Source: Candidatus Saccharimonadales bacterium
GTDB taxonomy: Bacteria; Patescibacteriota; Saccharimonadia; Saccharimonadales; UBA7683
Direction: 5' to 3'
Assembly (NCBI GenBank): GCA_046350615.1
Contig: JAXMAA010000001.1
Span: 72,480 to 136,479, forward strand
Length of the DNA stretch: 64,000 nucleotides
Of the stretch, positions 53,957 to 61,999 are shown piece after piece. The notes under the pieces were generated by a model. The model did not search any database and was not told the DNA's origin. It saw only the letters and a program-made list of their open reading frames with translations. The translations under genes were made by a program, and so were the position numbers. Each line of letters starts with the position of its first letter. Within the stretch, counting starts at the first letter, position 1.

Positions 53957-54724
53957 TCATAATCGCTCCATCACCTCTTTCGTCAGTGCCTTATAAGCTC
54001 TTGCCCCTTTACTCCATTTATCGTACTCGCCCACTGGCTTTCCGTGACTCGGGGCCTCAGCCACCCTAATATTACGCGGAACTGTTGTTTCGAACAAACG
54101 ATTCTTAAAGTGTTTCCTCAGCTGTTCTTCTACCTGAGCGGAAAGCGTCGTACGCGAATTATGCATGGTCATAACAACCCCCAATATTGCAAGCCGCGGA
54201 TTGAGCACCTTTCGCACCAGCTTCATAGTCTCCAAAAGTTGACCCAGCCCTTCAAGTGCATAGTATTCAGTTTGCACAGGAATGATCACAGATTGTGCAG
54301 CCACTAAAGCGTTAACTGTCAATAAACCAAGGCTCGGCGGACAATCGATAATAACCACATCAAACTGAGCCTCCGCTAATACCTGCTTCAAGCGAATTGC
54401 ACGATCTTTCGCCGTAGCGATCTCTGTTTCAAGTGTCGCCAGCTCGGCATCCGTGCACAGCAGTGAAAGATGCTCATACTTTGAAGCCTGCACAGCATCA
54501 GCCAAGCCCACCTTTTTGGCAAGCACGTCGCGCGTGGTACTTCCATTTTTTTCAAACCCGAGCCCACTCGTGGCATTCCCCTGCGGGTCGAGATCAACCA
54601 GCAGCACACTTTTACCCTCTTTTGCCAAATTATAAGCAACGTTCACAGCAGTGGTCGTTTTACCAACGCCCCCTTTCTGGTTTGTAACCGCTATGACACT
54701 CGCCATGTTTTGATTTTCCTCCAA
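53957..54724 (-). CDS. parA: chromosome partitioning ATPase ParA/Soj
   Basis: It has the deviant Walker A IAVTNQKGGVGKTTTAVN, plus VIIDCPPSLG. Confidence 0.94.
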   Translation of the reverse strand: MEENQNMASVIAVTNQKGGVGKTTTAVNVAYNLAKEGKSVLLVDLDPQGNATSGLGFEKNGSTTRDVLAKKVGLADAVQASKYEHLSLLCTDAELATLETEIATAKDRAIRLKQVLAEAQFDVVIIDCPPSLGLLTVNALVAAQSVIIPVQTEYYALEGLGQLLETMKLVRKVLNPRLAILGVVMTMHNSRTTLSAQVEEQLRKHFKNRLFETTVPRNIRVAEAPSHGKPVGEYDKWSKGARAYKALTKEVMERL

Positions 54725-54816
54725 ATCTACCCTTCATTATACAGTAAAAACACGAAGAAAAACGAGCCTTTCAGCCCGTCTCTATTTGCTATTTGCTGTT
54801 ATCTAGTATCTGATCA

Positions 54817-55122
54817 CTATCCGATCTTTGTAATTTCAATTACCGAATACTGCTGGCGATGGCCACGCACTTTATTCACACGTTTTTTGGCTTTGTAGCG
54901 AATTGCTGTGACTTTTCTGCCCTTCACATTCTCTTCAACAACTTTTGCCTCAACCGAAGAATCTTTTACCGTTGGCCGACCAACTTTTACATCATCGCCA
55001 TCTATAACCAAAAGTGGCTCAAACTTTAATGTTTTAACATCGCCCACCAGCTCTACCTCGAGCCGTTCTTTTTCAGCAACCAAATACTGATGGCCGCCAG
55101 ATACAATCACTGCTTTCTTCAT
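54817..55122 (-). CDS. rplU: 50S ribosomal protein L21
   Basis: The sequence is MKKAVIVSGGHQYLVAEKERLEV...KVTAIRYKAKKRVNKVRGHRQQYSVIEI. Confidence 0.94.
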   Translation of the reverse strand: MKKAVIVSGGHQYLVAEKERLEVELVGDVKTLKFEPLLVIDGDDVKVGRPTVKDSSVEAKVVEENVKGRKVTAIRYKAKKRVNKVRGHRQQYSVIEITKIG

Positions 55123-55336
55123 TATATTTTTCCTTCGTTACTTGTGCTCCGCAGCCTTAGCGCAGAAGCATCGTTTGAACTTATATCCCGAGGTGACTTG
55201 AGCCAGTCGGAGCCAAACCGTAACTTATATGTTATTAAACAAGTCGAGTAGCAGTGTAACAGATATCCTCACTACTGTAAAGTGTCACTCTTTTGTTCGT
55301 TAGATTAAAGCGAAACAACCCGTTAAAGACCTCTAC

Positions 55337-56473
55337 CTATTCGCACTGTTCATATAACTTTCCGAGCGCCCGTACGTCATCTCCGACAATACAGGTCTCG
55401 TCTATTTCACCTACCCTGTTTTGCAGCATTCCAAAAATAAGATTATTCTGTGGGTCTCTTGAAAGGAGCCGAAGTTTCTCTACAGCTACGGCAGGGAGCA
55501 TGTCGTACAACGGTACAACGCCAGCCTCACGAAGTGCAACAGACGTTTCATACTTCCGTAGATCAGTGGGCTCACCAGTTTCAGTCACTCCAAAAAACAC
55601 CACTCCTTTCTCTTTGCGGAGTTTTTCCACCAGCTCGGCCACAGACTGGCTCGGCGTAAGAGTATTAGCCGTTCCTGAATGGTAAAGGATCAATAATACC
55701 GCCTGTACATCGTGCGCCTGCACATAATCAAGCAACTCTTGATGATCCGATCTTATAGTATTTACTCCATAGACACACACCTCCTGTGGCTGGCCTTTAC
55801 AGTCGGTCACTACTTCTCGTAGGTCTTTAATGAGCTTATCTGCCACAGACTGCTGTGTGGCAACAGCCTCTTGATACTCTTGACTATTTTTTGAAACAAA
55901 AGTTGAAGCTCCATTAATATAGGGAATTTTTACAACTTCATTCGCTGGTATAAGCCTATCGTGAAAAGCTACATACACACCGCCCTGCTCTCCAGAATCA
56001 AAGCTTCTAAGTGCGAACTCTAGATTGCCCCAGGCATCAGTATTGGGATGATCAAGATTTTCATTTGATGCTGTAATGATCACTTTTTTGTCGTGTTCTC
56101 TCGCATATTCACCAAACATCTCATGGAACAATAGTGCCGTCTGCTCCAAGCTATCAGTGCCATGCGAAACAAGAACACCATCAGATTCTTCTCCTGCAAT
56201 ACTTATACCTACTTGCTCCGCTATGTGCAGCTGGTCTTCGCGTGTCAGATTCTCGCTAAGTCCCGTGTAAACAAAAGCTCGAGCACCTATTTCAATTCCT
56301 AGAGTTGCCGTGGTATCAGAATGTTCTTTGAGTAGTACTATAAGATCTTGCTCATGTCCACCTTCTCGGTGACCAGCATCTGTAGTGATTGAGGATATCG
56401 TTCCACCGGCATACACGACTTCAATTCTTGGAAGAGGTCTGTCCAGTTCACCAATTTTCTGGGTTGGATCCAT
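55337..56473 (-). CDS. L-asparaginase family protein (type I / GatD-like)
   Basis: It has the N-terminal VVYAGGTISS threonine motif and VLVSHGTDSLEQTALLF (HGTDT box). Confidence 0.75.
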   Translation of the reverse strand: MDPTQKIGELDRPLPRIEVVYAGGTISSITTDAGHREGGHEQDLIVLLKEHSDTTATLGIEIGARAFVYTGLSENLTREDQLHIAEQVGISIAGEESDGVLVSHGTDSLEQTALLFHEMFGEYAREHDKKVIITASNENLDHPNTDAWGNLEFALRSFDSGEQGGVYVAFHDRLIPANEVVKIPYINGASTFVSKNSQEYQEAVATQQSVADKLIKDLREVVTDCKGQPQEVCVYGVNTIRSDHQELLDYVQAHDVQAVLLILYHSGTANTLTPSQSVAELVEKLRKEKGVVFFGVTETGEPTDLRKYETSVALREAGVVPLYDMLPAVAVEKLRLLSRDPQNNLIFGMLQNRVGEIDETCIVGDDVRALGKLYEQCE

Positions 56474-56513
56474 CTTTTCATTATAGCATATTATATGCTA
56501 TTTTATCAATATC

Positions 56514-56900
56514 TTACCTCTGTTCTTGCTCAAGTCCATGAATTCGGTCGTGGTCAAGGCCAAAGTAATGGGCGATTTCGTGCCAGAGAGTGTGTTTTAT
56601 CTGGGCTTTAAACGCCGTCTCGTCCCCCGCTGCATGGTAGAACAAGGGCAGTTTAAAAAGAGTTATTTTATCTGGTAGAACGAGATTGTAGTTGCTACCG
56701 CGCTTGGTAAGCGGAATACCTTCGTAGAGGCCGAACAAGCTCTGGTGGCCTCTTAATTTTAGTTTTTTACGCTGATGCTCATCCGGTTCGTCCGCATAAG
56801 TAATCACTACGTTTTCTAGCCGCGAAACGTATTTTTCGGGCAGCTCATCGAGTGCCTGGCCTATGAGTTGTGAGAATGCTTCGTCAGTTGGGATTTGCAT
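56514..56900 (-). CDS. small zincin metallopeptidase-family protein (DUF1025-type)
   Basis: The C-terminal motif is HTLWHEIAHYFGLDHDRIHGLE (HExxHxxGxxH). Confidence 0.7.
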   Translation of the reverse strand: MQIPTDEAFSQLIGQALDELPEKYVSRLENVVITYADEPDEHQRKKLKLRGHQSLFGLYEGIPLTKRGSNYNLVLPDKITLFKLPLFYHAAGDETAFKAQIKHTLWHEIAHYFGLDHDRIHGLEQEQR

Positions 56901-56906
56901 ATGCCA

Positions 56907-56975
56907 TCGCTATTTCGGACCTGATCCGAAATCAAATTTATGTACTGGATCCTGAATCGACTTCAGGATGACAAA
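56907..56975. repeat. second long copy of the two-hairpin MITE/REP-like element
   Basis: TATTTCGGAcctgaTCCGAAATcaaatttatgtactGGATCCTGAAtcgacTTCAGGATGACAAA is collinear with 37889-37959. Confidence 0.7.
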
Positions 56976-57008
56976 CCATGGTTTGATAGTTTTAAGTATA
57001 CACTTAAA

Positions 57009-57035
57009 TTAGCACTAGCGCAATGAGAGTGCTAA
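57009..57035 (-). terminator. ileS terminator hairpin
   Basis: TTAGCACTagcgcaatgagAGTGCTAA has an 8-bp stem. It is followed on the minus strand by UUUAAGUG and lies 10 nt after the ileS stop. Confidence 0.4.
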
Positions 57036-57044
57036 GCCGATCCG

Positions 57045-60000
57045 TTATGATCCGGCTTTTTTGAGAGAAATTACAAGCTCTTCGCCCTCAACCTTCACGG
57101 CCATCGCAAAACCATCACCTACCTCACCTGCCTCATTTGCGAGAGTTTCAGCTTTGATGGTTTCAAGATGTTCTTCAATAGCAGTCTGTAGTTGGCCATT
57201 CTCGGTTGCTAGTTGCAGAGTTATGCGATCATCAACGTTCAGGCCAGCAGCCTTGCGTACACTTTGCACATGGCGGACCACTTCACGCATAAGACCTTCG
57301 CGTCTGAGTTCTGGCGTGATTTTTTCATCGATTGCTACTTCTTTGCCAGTCCTTACTGCTTTTACATTCAACTCATCGAGTAAGATTGGTTCAAAATCGA
57401 CATGTTCTCCCAAGCTTAGCACTGTTACGCTCGCCAGCGGCTGTCGCACTTTAAGCTGTGCCTTAGCACGAAGACTGAGACCTTCATTAACATACTCGCG
57501 AACCGTGTCCATATCATCCATCACTAATTGATTAATATGGCCGACCGACAACCAATCCTTAAGGTGGATCGATTCGCCGTCGCCTGTGAGGTTTTGATAC
57601 AGCTCCTCTGCCAGAAATGGTGTAAATGGCGCAAGAAGATAGGCCAAGCGAACCAAAACATAATGGAGCGTTTTATAGGCATCGGCTTTGTCGCCATCAT
57701 CTTCTGACTTCCCACCTTCGCCAGAGGCTACGGTGGACTGACGCCAGAAACGGCGGCGTGAACGGCGCACATACCAGTTAGAGGCATCGTCAAGAAACGG
57801 CAGAATTGGCGCAATGGCATCTGGTAAATTGTACTCGTCCATATGTTTTTCCACCTCAGCCACTAGTTGATGAAGCCTTGAAACTACCCAGATATCAAGC
57901 GGGTTCTTGAGATCTTCAACCGGATCACTTAAGACTCCGTCATACTCCCAGCCATCAACTTCGGCATACATCGTGAAGAAATCGTACATGTTCCAGATCA
58001 TGGCGAGTTTGCGCGAAACATCACTAACATCTTTATCTTGCAGGCTAAAATCTTCAGCATTCATCACCGGAGAACCGAGCAAAAGCAATCGTTCAGCATC
58101 AGCAGAATATTTATCCATCACTTCATTCGGATCGGTATAGTTACCGCGTGATTTACTAAGCTTATAGCCATCGTTACCCATCAAATTACCAGTAACAATG
58201 ACGTTTTTAAATGGTGCCTGGCCAAACAAGCCGACGTTGACCGCCTGCAAATAGTAGAACCACGCCCGCACCTGCCCCACGTATTCCACGATGAAATCGC
58301 CCGGGAAGTTAGCCTCAAACTTCTCTTTGTTCTCAAACGGGTAATGGAACTGGGCAAAGGGCATTGAGCCGCTCTCGAACCAACCATCCAGCACCTTCTC
58401 GATTCGTTTGTAGTGTACACCGTCTTTTTCAAACTCGACTGCATCGATCCACGGCCGGTGATAGTCTTCCAGCCGTTTGCCGCTGAGTTCTTCCAGTTCA
58501 TCGTAACTACCCACTACAATTTGATGTTTCTTGCCTTCTTTATCAATACCTTCCCAGACCGGCATAGCCGTTGCCCAGAAGCGGTCGCGTGAGAGGTTCC
58601 AATCTGGTGCAGCCAAGATGTTTTTTTCAAATCGTCCGTGTTTTACATGTTTCGGGAACCAATTAATTACCTCAGTATTTTGCGCCAACATTTCCTCTCG
58701 CTGGCCATCAATATTCATAAACCAGCTTGGGTGAGCTCGGTACATAAGACGTGTTCCACAGCGATGACAGTGAGGGTAACTGTGCCTGTAGTAATCAATC
58801 TTCCAAACAACCCCATCTTCGTGCAGCTTTTTAGCAATTGGCTTGTTAGCCTCCCAAACATTTTCGCCTTTCCAATCGCTCTCAGTATACAAACCGTTTT
58901 CATCAATGACATGCACTACTGGGATCTTGAGTTTCTGTGCCAATACAAAATCTTCTTCACCATAGGCGGGCGCGAGATGCACAATACCCGAGCCTTCTTC
59001 AGCACTAAGATCAGGATATTCCCAAACTTTATGTGCATTTTCGCCGCGATCTACTCCAAGAAGTGGCTCGTATTCAAGGCCAATGAGTTCTTTGCCCTTA
59101 ATATCATCACGAGTAATTTTGTATTCAAGCTGCTGATGTTTTTCATCAGTCAAAACCTTCTCGACTAAATCTTTATGCAAAATTAAATGCTCGCCTTCAG
59201 CCGTTTCAACTTCAGCGTAGGCTTCATTTTTACCAACTCCAACCGCAGTATTAGCCGGAAGTGTCCACGGAGTGGTTGTCCAGGCTAGGAGATGAGAATC
59301 GTGCACACCACTCTGTGTCTTTTTATCATAGTCTAGATTACGGTTTTCAAGAAAAATTCTGCTGCATAGAGATCCCCTGTCAGCAGCATCTTTTAAGATT
59401 GCAGGATCTTTTGACCATTGGAGATTTGCGTAATGCGTACTACCGCCTTGAAGCTTAACTTCACCCGTAAATTTCGTTATTTTATACTCACTAAGCTCTA
59501 GATCATAACCAATCCTAGAGATTTCTTTTTTACCCTCAAATTCAACTTGCTCAACGTCTATTCCTAACTTTTCTTTTGCGCCACGCTTTACCGCCTCTTC
59601 AAGCGTTTCCCCACCTCTAAGTGAAGCAGCAGCTAGACCCCAGACGTTCGGTAGGCTGTCGTCGTCCGCAAGCCTTTTCACAAAAGTAAACTCACCTGCC
59701 TCATTCTCAATATAGTAAGCAACTGCTTGTTTCTTAGTTCGCTTTAGTTTGAATTTTACGTACACACTTGGGTCGGTTACATCTTGGTATGCACCCGGAT
59801 CCATGGTAACTTCGGCTTTAGAAAGCGGTGTGGCGTCGCGTGTGCAGTACATCAGTACCCGCTCGCCTTCGTAGATTTTGCCCTTCTCAAACAATGTTTT
59901 GAAGGCCCACCAAATGCTTTCCATATATTCTTTATCCATGGTTTTATAAGCGCCCTTAAAGTCAACCCAGCGGCCAATTCTATCTACGTAATCTTCCCAC

Positions 60001-60413
60001 AAGCTACCGGTTTGCACCATGTTGTCTCGAGCCGTTGTGATGTAATCTTCAAGGCTGATTTTAGTACCGATATCCCGGCGATCTTTAATACCCAACTTCT
60101 TCTCAGTAAAAACTTCTGCCGGCAAGCCGTGACAATCCCAACCCCAAACACGCTCCACCCGCTTACCTTTCATAGTCTGATAGCGAGGAATTGTATCTTT
60201 AACGATTGAGCTCAGAAGCGTTCCGTGATGTGGCACGCCCGTAATAAAAGGAGGGCCATCATAAAATACAAAGGCGTTATCAGCCGACCGATTCTCAACC
60301 GACTTTTCAAACGTCTTATCTTTCTTCCATTTTTCCACCCAAAACTTTTCATACTCCAACGCCCGCCTTCGTGTTCCATGCTTAAACTTCATCGTTTTCT
60401 CCTTTGTTTGCAA
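57045..60413 (-). CDS. ileS: isoleucine--tRNA ligase (type 2) with a ~150-aa Nudix-like insertion before the CP1 editing domain
   Basis: Supporting motifs are HIGH (PFITGVPHHGTLL), WTTTPWTLPANTAV (editing domain) and KMSKS (YKLSKSRGN). Met8 (60392) is an alternative start. Confidence 0.95.
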   Translation of the reverse strand: MQTKEKTMKFKHGTRRRALEYEKFWVEKWKKDKTFEKSVENRSADNAFVFYDGPPFITGVPHHGTLLSSIVKDTIPRYQTMKGKRVERVWGWDCHGLPAEVFTEKKLGIKDRRDIGTKISLEDYITTARDNMVQTGSLWEDYVDRIGRWVDFKGAYKTMDKEYMESIWWAFKTLFEKGKIYEGERVLMYCTRDATPLSKAEVTMDPGAYQDVTDPSVYVKFKLKRTKKQAVAYYIENEAGEFTFVKRLADDDSLPNVWGLAAASLRGGETLEEAVKRGAKEKLGIDVEQVEFEGKKEISRIGYDLELSEYKITKFTGEVKLQGGSTHYANLQWSKDPAILKDAADRGSLCSRIFLENRNLDYDKKTQSGVHDSHLLAWTTTPWTLPANTAVGVGKNEAYAEVETAEGEHLILHKDLVEKVLTDEKHQQLEYKITRDDIKGKELIGLEYEPLLGVDRGENAHKVWEYPDLSAEEGSGIVHLAPAYGEEDFVLAQKLKIPVVHVIDENGLYTESDWKGENVWEANKPIAKKLHEDGVVWKIDYYRHSYPHCHRCGTRLMYRAHPSWFMNIDGQREEMLAQNTEVINWFPKHVKHGRFEKNILAAPDWNLSRDRFWATAMPVWEGIDKEGKKHQIVVGSYDELEELSGKRLEDYHRPWIDAVEFEKDGVHYKRIEKVLDGWFESGSMPFAQFHYPFENKEKFEANFPGDFIVEYVGQVRAWFYYLQAVNVGLFGQAPFKNVIVTGNLMGNDGYKLSKSRGNYTDPNEVMDKYSADAERLLLLGSPVMNAEDFSLQDKDVSDVSRKLAMIWNMYDFFTMYAEVDGWEYDGVLSDPVEDLKNPLDIWVVSRLHQLVAEVEKHMDEYNLPDAIAPILPFLDDASNWYVRRSRRRFWRQSTVASGEGGKSEDDGDKADAYKTLHYVLVRLAYLLAPFTPFLAEELYQNLTGDGESIHLKDWLSVGHINQLVMDDMDTVREYVNEGLSLRAKAQLKVRQPLASVTVLSLGEHVDFEPILLDELNVKAVRTGKEVAIDEKITPELRREGLMREVVRHVQSVRKAAGLNVDDRITLQLATENGQLQTAIEEHLETIKAETLANEAGEVGDGFAMAVKVEGEELVISLKKAGS

Positions 60414-60765
60414 AATGTACTTTTGTTACGAATATTCCGTTCTGCATAGATTCGAGTTCGTAATCAAGAGTTCCTTGTTCAAATATACTCCTGTAGAGTT
60501 TCTCTATTTCCGTATCATCCTCCTCACAACTGAACTCTTTCCAGCCATCATCAGGAATTTCAACGACACTAGATCCACCCATCCAATTTTCATCAACTTT
60601 ACCGATGTAATAATCTATCGTTCGATTATTCATATTTGCACCGAGACCAAATAAAAGTTCACCGGGATACATCTCGTGCAGCTCGTTCCAAAACTTTTCA
60701 AGTTCAGCAATCTGGCTATAGTTCGCATCAACTTTGACTACTCTTTTCTGCCCAAAGAATTTCAT
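60382..60765 (-). CDS. hypothetical protein, possibly GyrI-like/effector-binding fold
   Basis: The protein is 127 aa from MKFFGQKR. Its length and pattern (FWNEL...YYIG...IPDDGWKEF) are loosely GyrI-like. Confidence 0.35.
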   Translation of the reverse strand: MKFFGQKRVVKVDANYSQIAELEKFWNELHEMYPGELLFGLGANMNNRTIDYYIGKVDENWMGGSSVVEIPDDGWKEFSCEEDDTEIEKLYRSIFEQGTLDYELESMQNGIFVTKVHFANKGENDEV

Positions 60766-61187
60766 GCTACTCCCTTCCAGTAACACCTGTATTCATCTGC
60801 CTTATTGAATCCGAGATCCGTGTATCTCTGATTTAAACTTTGATCATCTGAATCGGTGTAAACGATAATGCTACTGTGACCTCTTTCTTGGGCAACTTCC
60901 TGCGCCTTCTTTGCTAGTGAGCCGCCAATAGCGAGCAAATCCTCTGCTTCGGGATCAAGGACAAATCTAATCAGCCAAAACGTGTGCGGATTATCTAAGA
61001 TCATGAATGATCCGACAATGCAGCCTGAGCTGTCTTCAGCAACATACAGGCTACCCACTCGTGCGGTCTCTTCTAGCTTTGAAGGTGTATCCCTATTTTC
61101 ATCGTAGTTACCCCCATAAGAGGCCTTGTTTTTATATAAAGCTATGAGTTTTTCAAAGTCAGAACCCTGATATAAACGAACTTGCAT
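60762..61187 (-). CDS. GNAT family N-acetyltransferase
   Basis: The protein runs MQVRLYQGSDFEKLIALY...GCIVGSFMIL...LAKKAQEVAQERGHSSIIVYT...YTDLGF. I prefer the ATG at 61187. Confidence 0.7.
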   Translation of the reverse strand: MQVRLYQGSDFEKLIALYKNKASYGGNYDENRDTPSKLEETARVGSLYVAEDSSGCIVGSFMILDNPHTFWLIRFVLDPEAEDLLAIGGSLAKKAQEVAQERGHSSIIVYTDSDDQSLNQRYTDLGFNKADEYRCYWKGVA

Positions 61188-61407
61188 TGTTTCCTTTCGT
61201 GAATAAAATAAAATCACTTCTTTTGACTGCCAGAACCCTTGGTTTCAATTTCCATGCTACTTGCTGCATGTTCCTTGCTACCTGAAATGGGCGGTACCAT
61301 CTGGCTTCCAAAAGAAGTGATTTATCCTCCGAAGCTTTATGCGAAGGAGGGTTCTTTTAGCACTTAGTTGCTGCTATAACGGGCTTACCCGAGAGGTTCT
61401 ACTTTCT

Positions 61408-61444
61408 GATCCAGATCCTTCGATTTACGCTCAGGATGACAAAA
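61408..61444. repeat. repeat-family member GATCCAGATCCTTCGatttaCGCTCAGGATGACAAAAC
   Basis: It has the same CAGGATGACAA tail as 37889-37959 and 56907-56975. Confidence 0.6.
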
Positions 61445-61581
61445 CAGAGTTCTTCCTCTTCCGTTCTCGTACGAGATCGCAGCTGATAACTGCTCAAACG
61501 GATATATGCTTATAGTACTCGTTTACAGATGAAAAGGCAATATTAAAGACTATACTACCTCGCTAGCGAGAATAAGAACTA

Positions 61582-61610
61582 AATTCCTGATCGAGCCGGG
61601 AATGACAAAG
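61582..61610. repeat. repeat-family member AATTCCTGATCGAGCCGGGAATGACAAAG
   Basis: It is near-identical in layout to 31398-31424. Confidence 0.7.
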
Positions 61611-61617
61611 GCACGGG

Positions 61618-61878
61618 TTAGTTATAAAAGCTAAGCTCGGAGATTGTGGGCCACTTACTGCGTTCTTGCCAGATTTCGATGAATGATCCATCTTCTCGCA
61701 TCGCAATAATGGCTGGGAATTGGACAACATCGTAGAGCCGAGCAACTTGTACGCCGGAAACCGTGGTGCTATCAATTAGCTCGATCGAGCGGCCTGTTTC
61801 ACGTTCAAACTCGCGTATGTACGCCTGCACCGAAGTCTCGCCTTCACTGTTTGGTCGATAAAGAATAACCGTTTTCAT
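61618..61878 (-). CDS. thioredoxin/glutaredoxin-fold small protein lacking the CxxC motif (NrdH-like position downstream of nrdJ)
   Basis: The 86-aa protein reads MKTVILYRPNSEGETSVQAYIREF...FPAIIAM. It has a beta-alpha-beta Trx-fold pattern but no cysteine at all. Confidence 0.5.
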   Translation of the reverse strand: MKTVILYRPNSEGETSVQAYIREFERETGRSIELIDSTTVSGVQVARLYDVVQFPAIIAMREDGSFIEIWQERSKWPTISELSFYN

Positions 61879-61937
61879 TCATTCAAGTATAACAGAGTTA
61901 GATGGTGGATCTTAGCTATCAGGGCCTGGTAAAAGGA

Positions 61938-61966
61938 GAAAAGAGACCCGTAAAAAGTCTCTTTTC
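61938..61966 (-). terminator. nrdJ rho-independent terminator
   Basis: GAAAAGAGACccgtaaaaaGTCTCTTTTC has a 10-bp stem. It is followed on the minus strand by UCCUUUUACC and lies ~35 nt after the nrdJ stop. Confidence 0.6.
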
Positions 61967-61999
61967 TTCTCAGATCTATTTGCCCTTATCTGTTATCTC

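Noticed and set aside
53709-53960. 83-aa minus-strand ORF filling the parA-parB spacer.
   Set aside because: It overlaps both the parA stop and the parB start, and it is built entirely from repeat-family and tandem-heptamer sequence. A related repeat copy yields a similar pseudo-peptide at 42144-42455. I see no SD and no credible start context.
53713-54816. Origin of replication or parS near parAB (GATC clusters, ATCCACGG fragments).
   Set aside because: I found no TTATCCACA-type DnaA boxes in tandem, no AT-rich DUE, and no TGTTNCACGTGAAACA parS. The GATC density is explained by the heptamer repeat.
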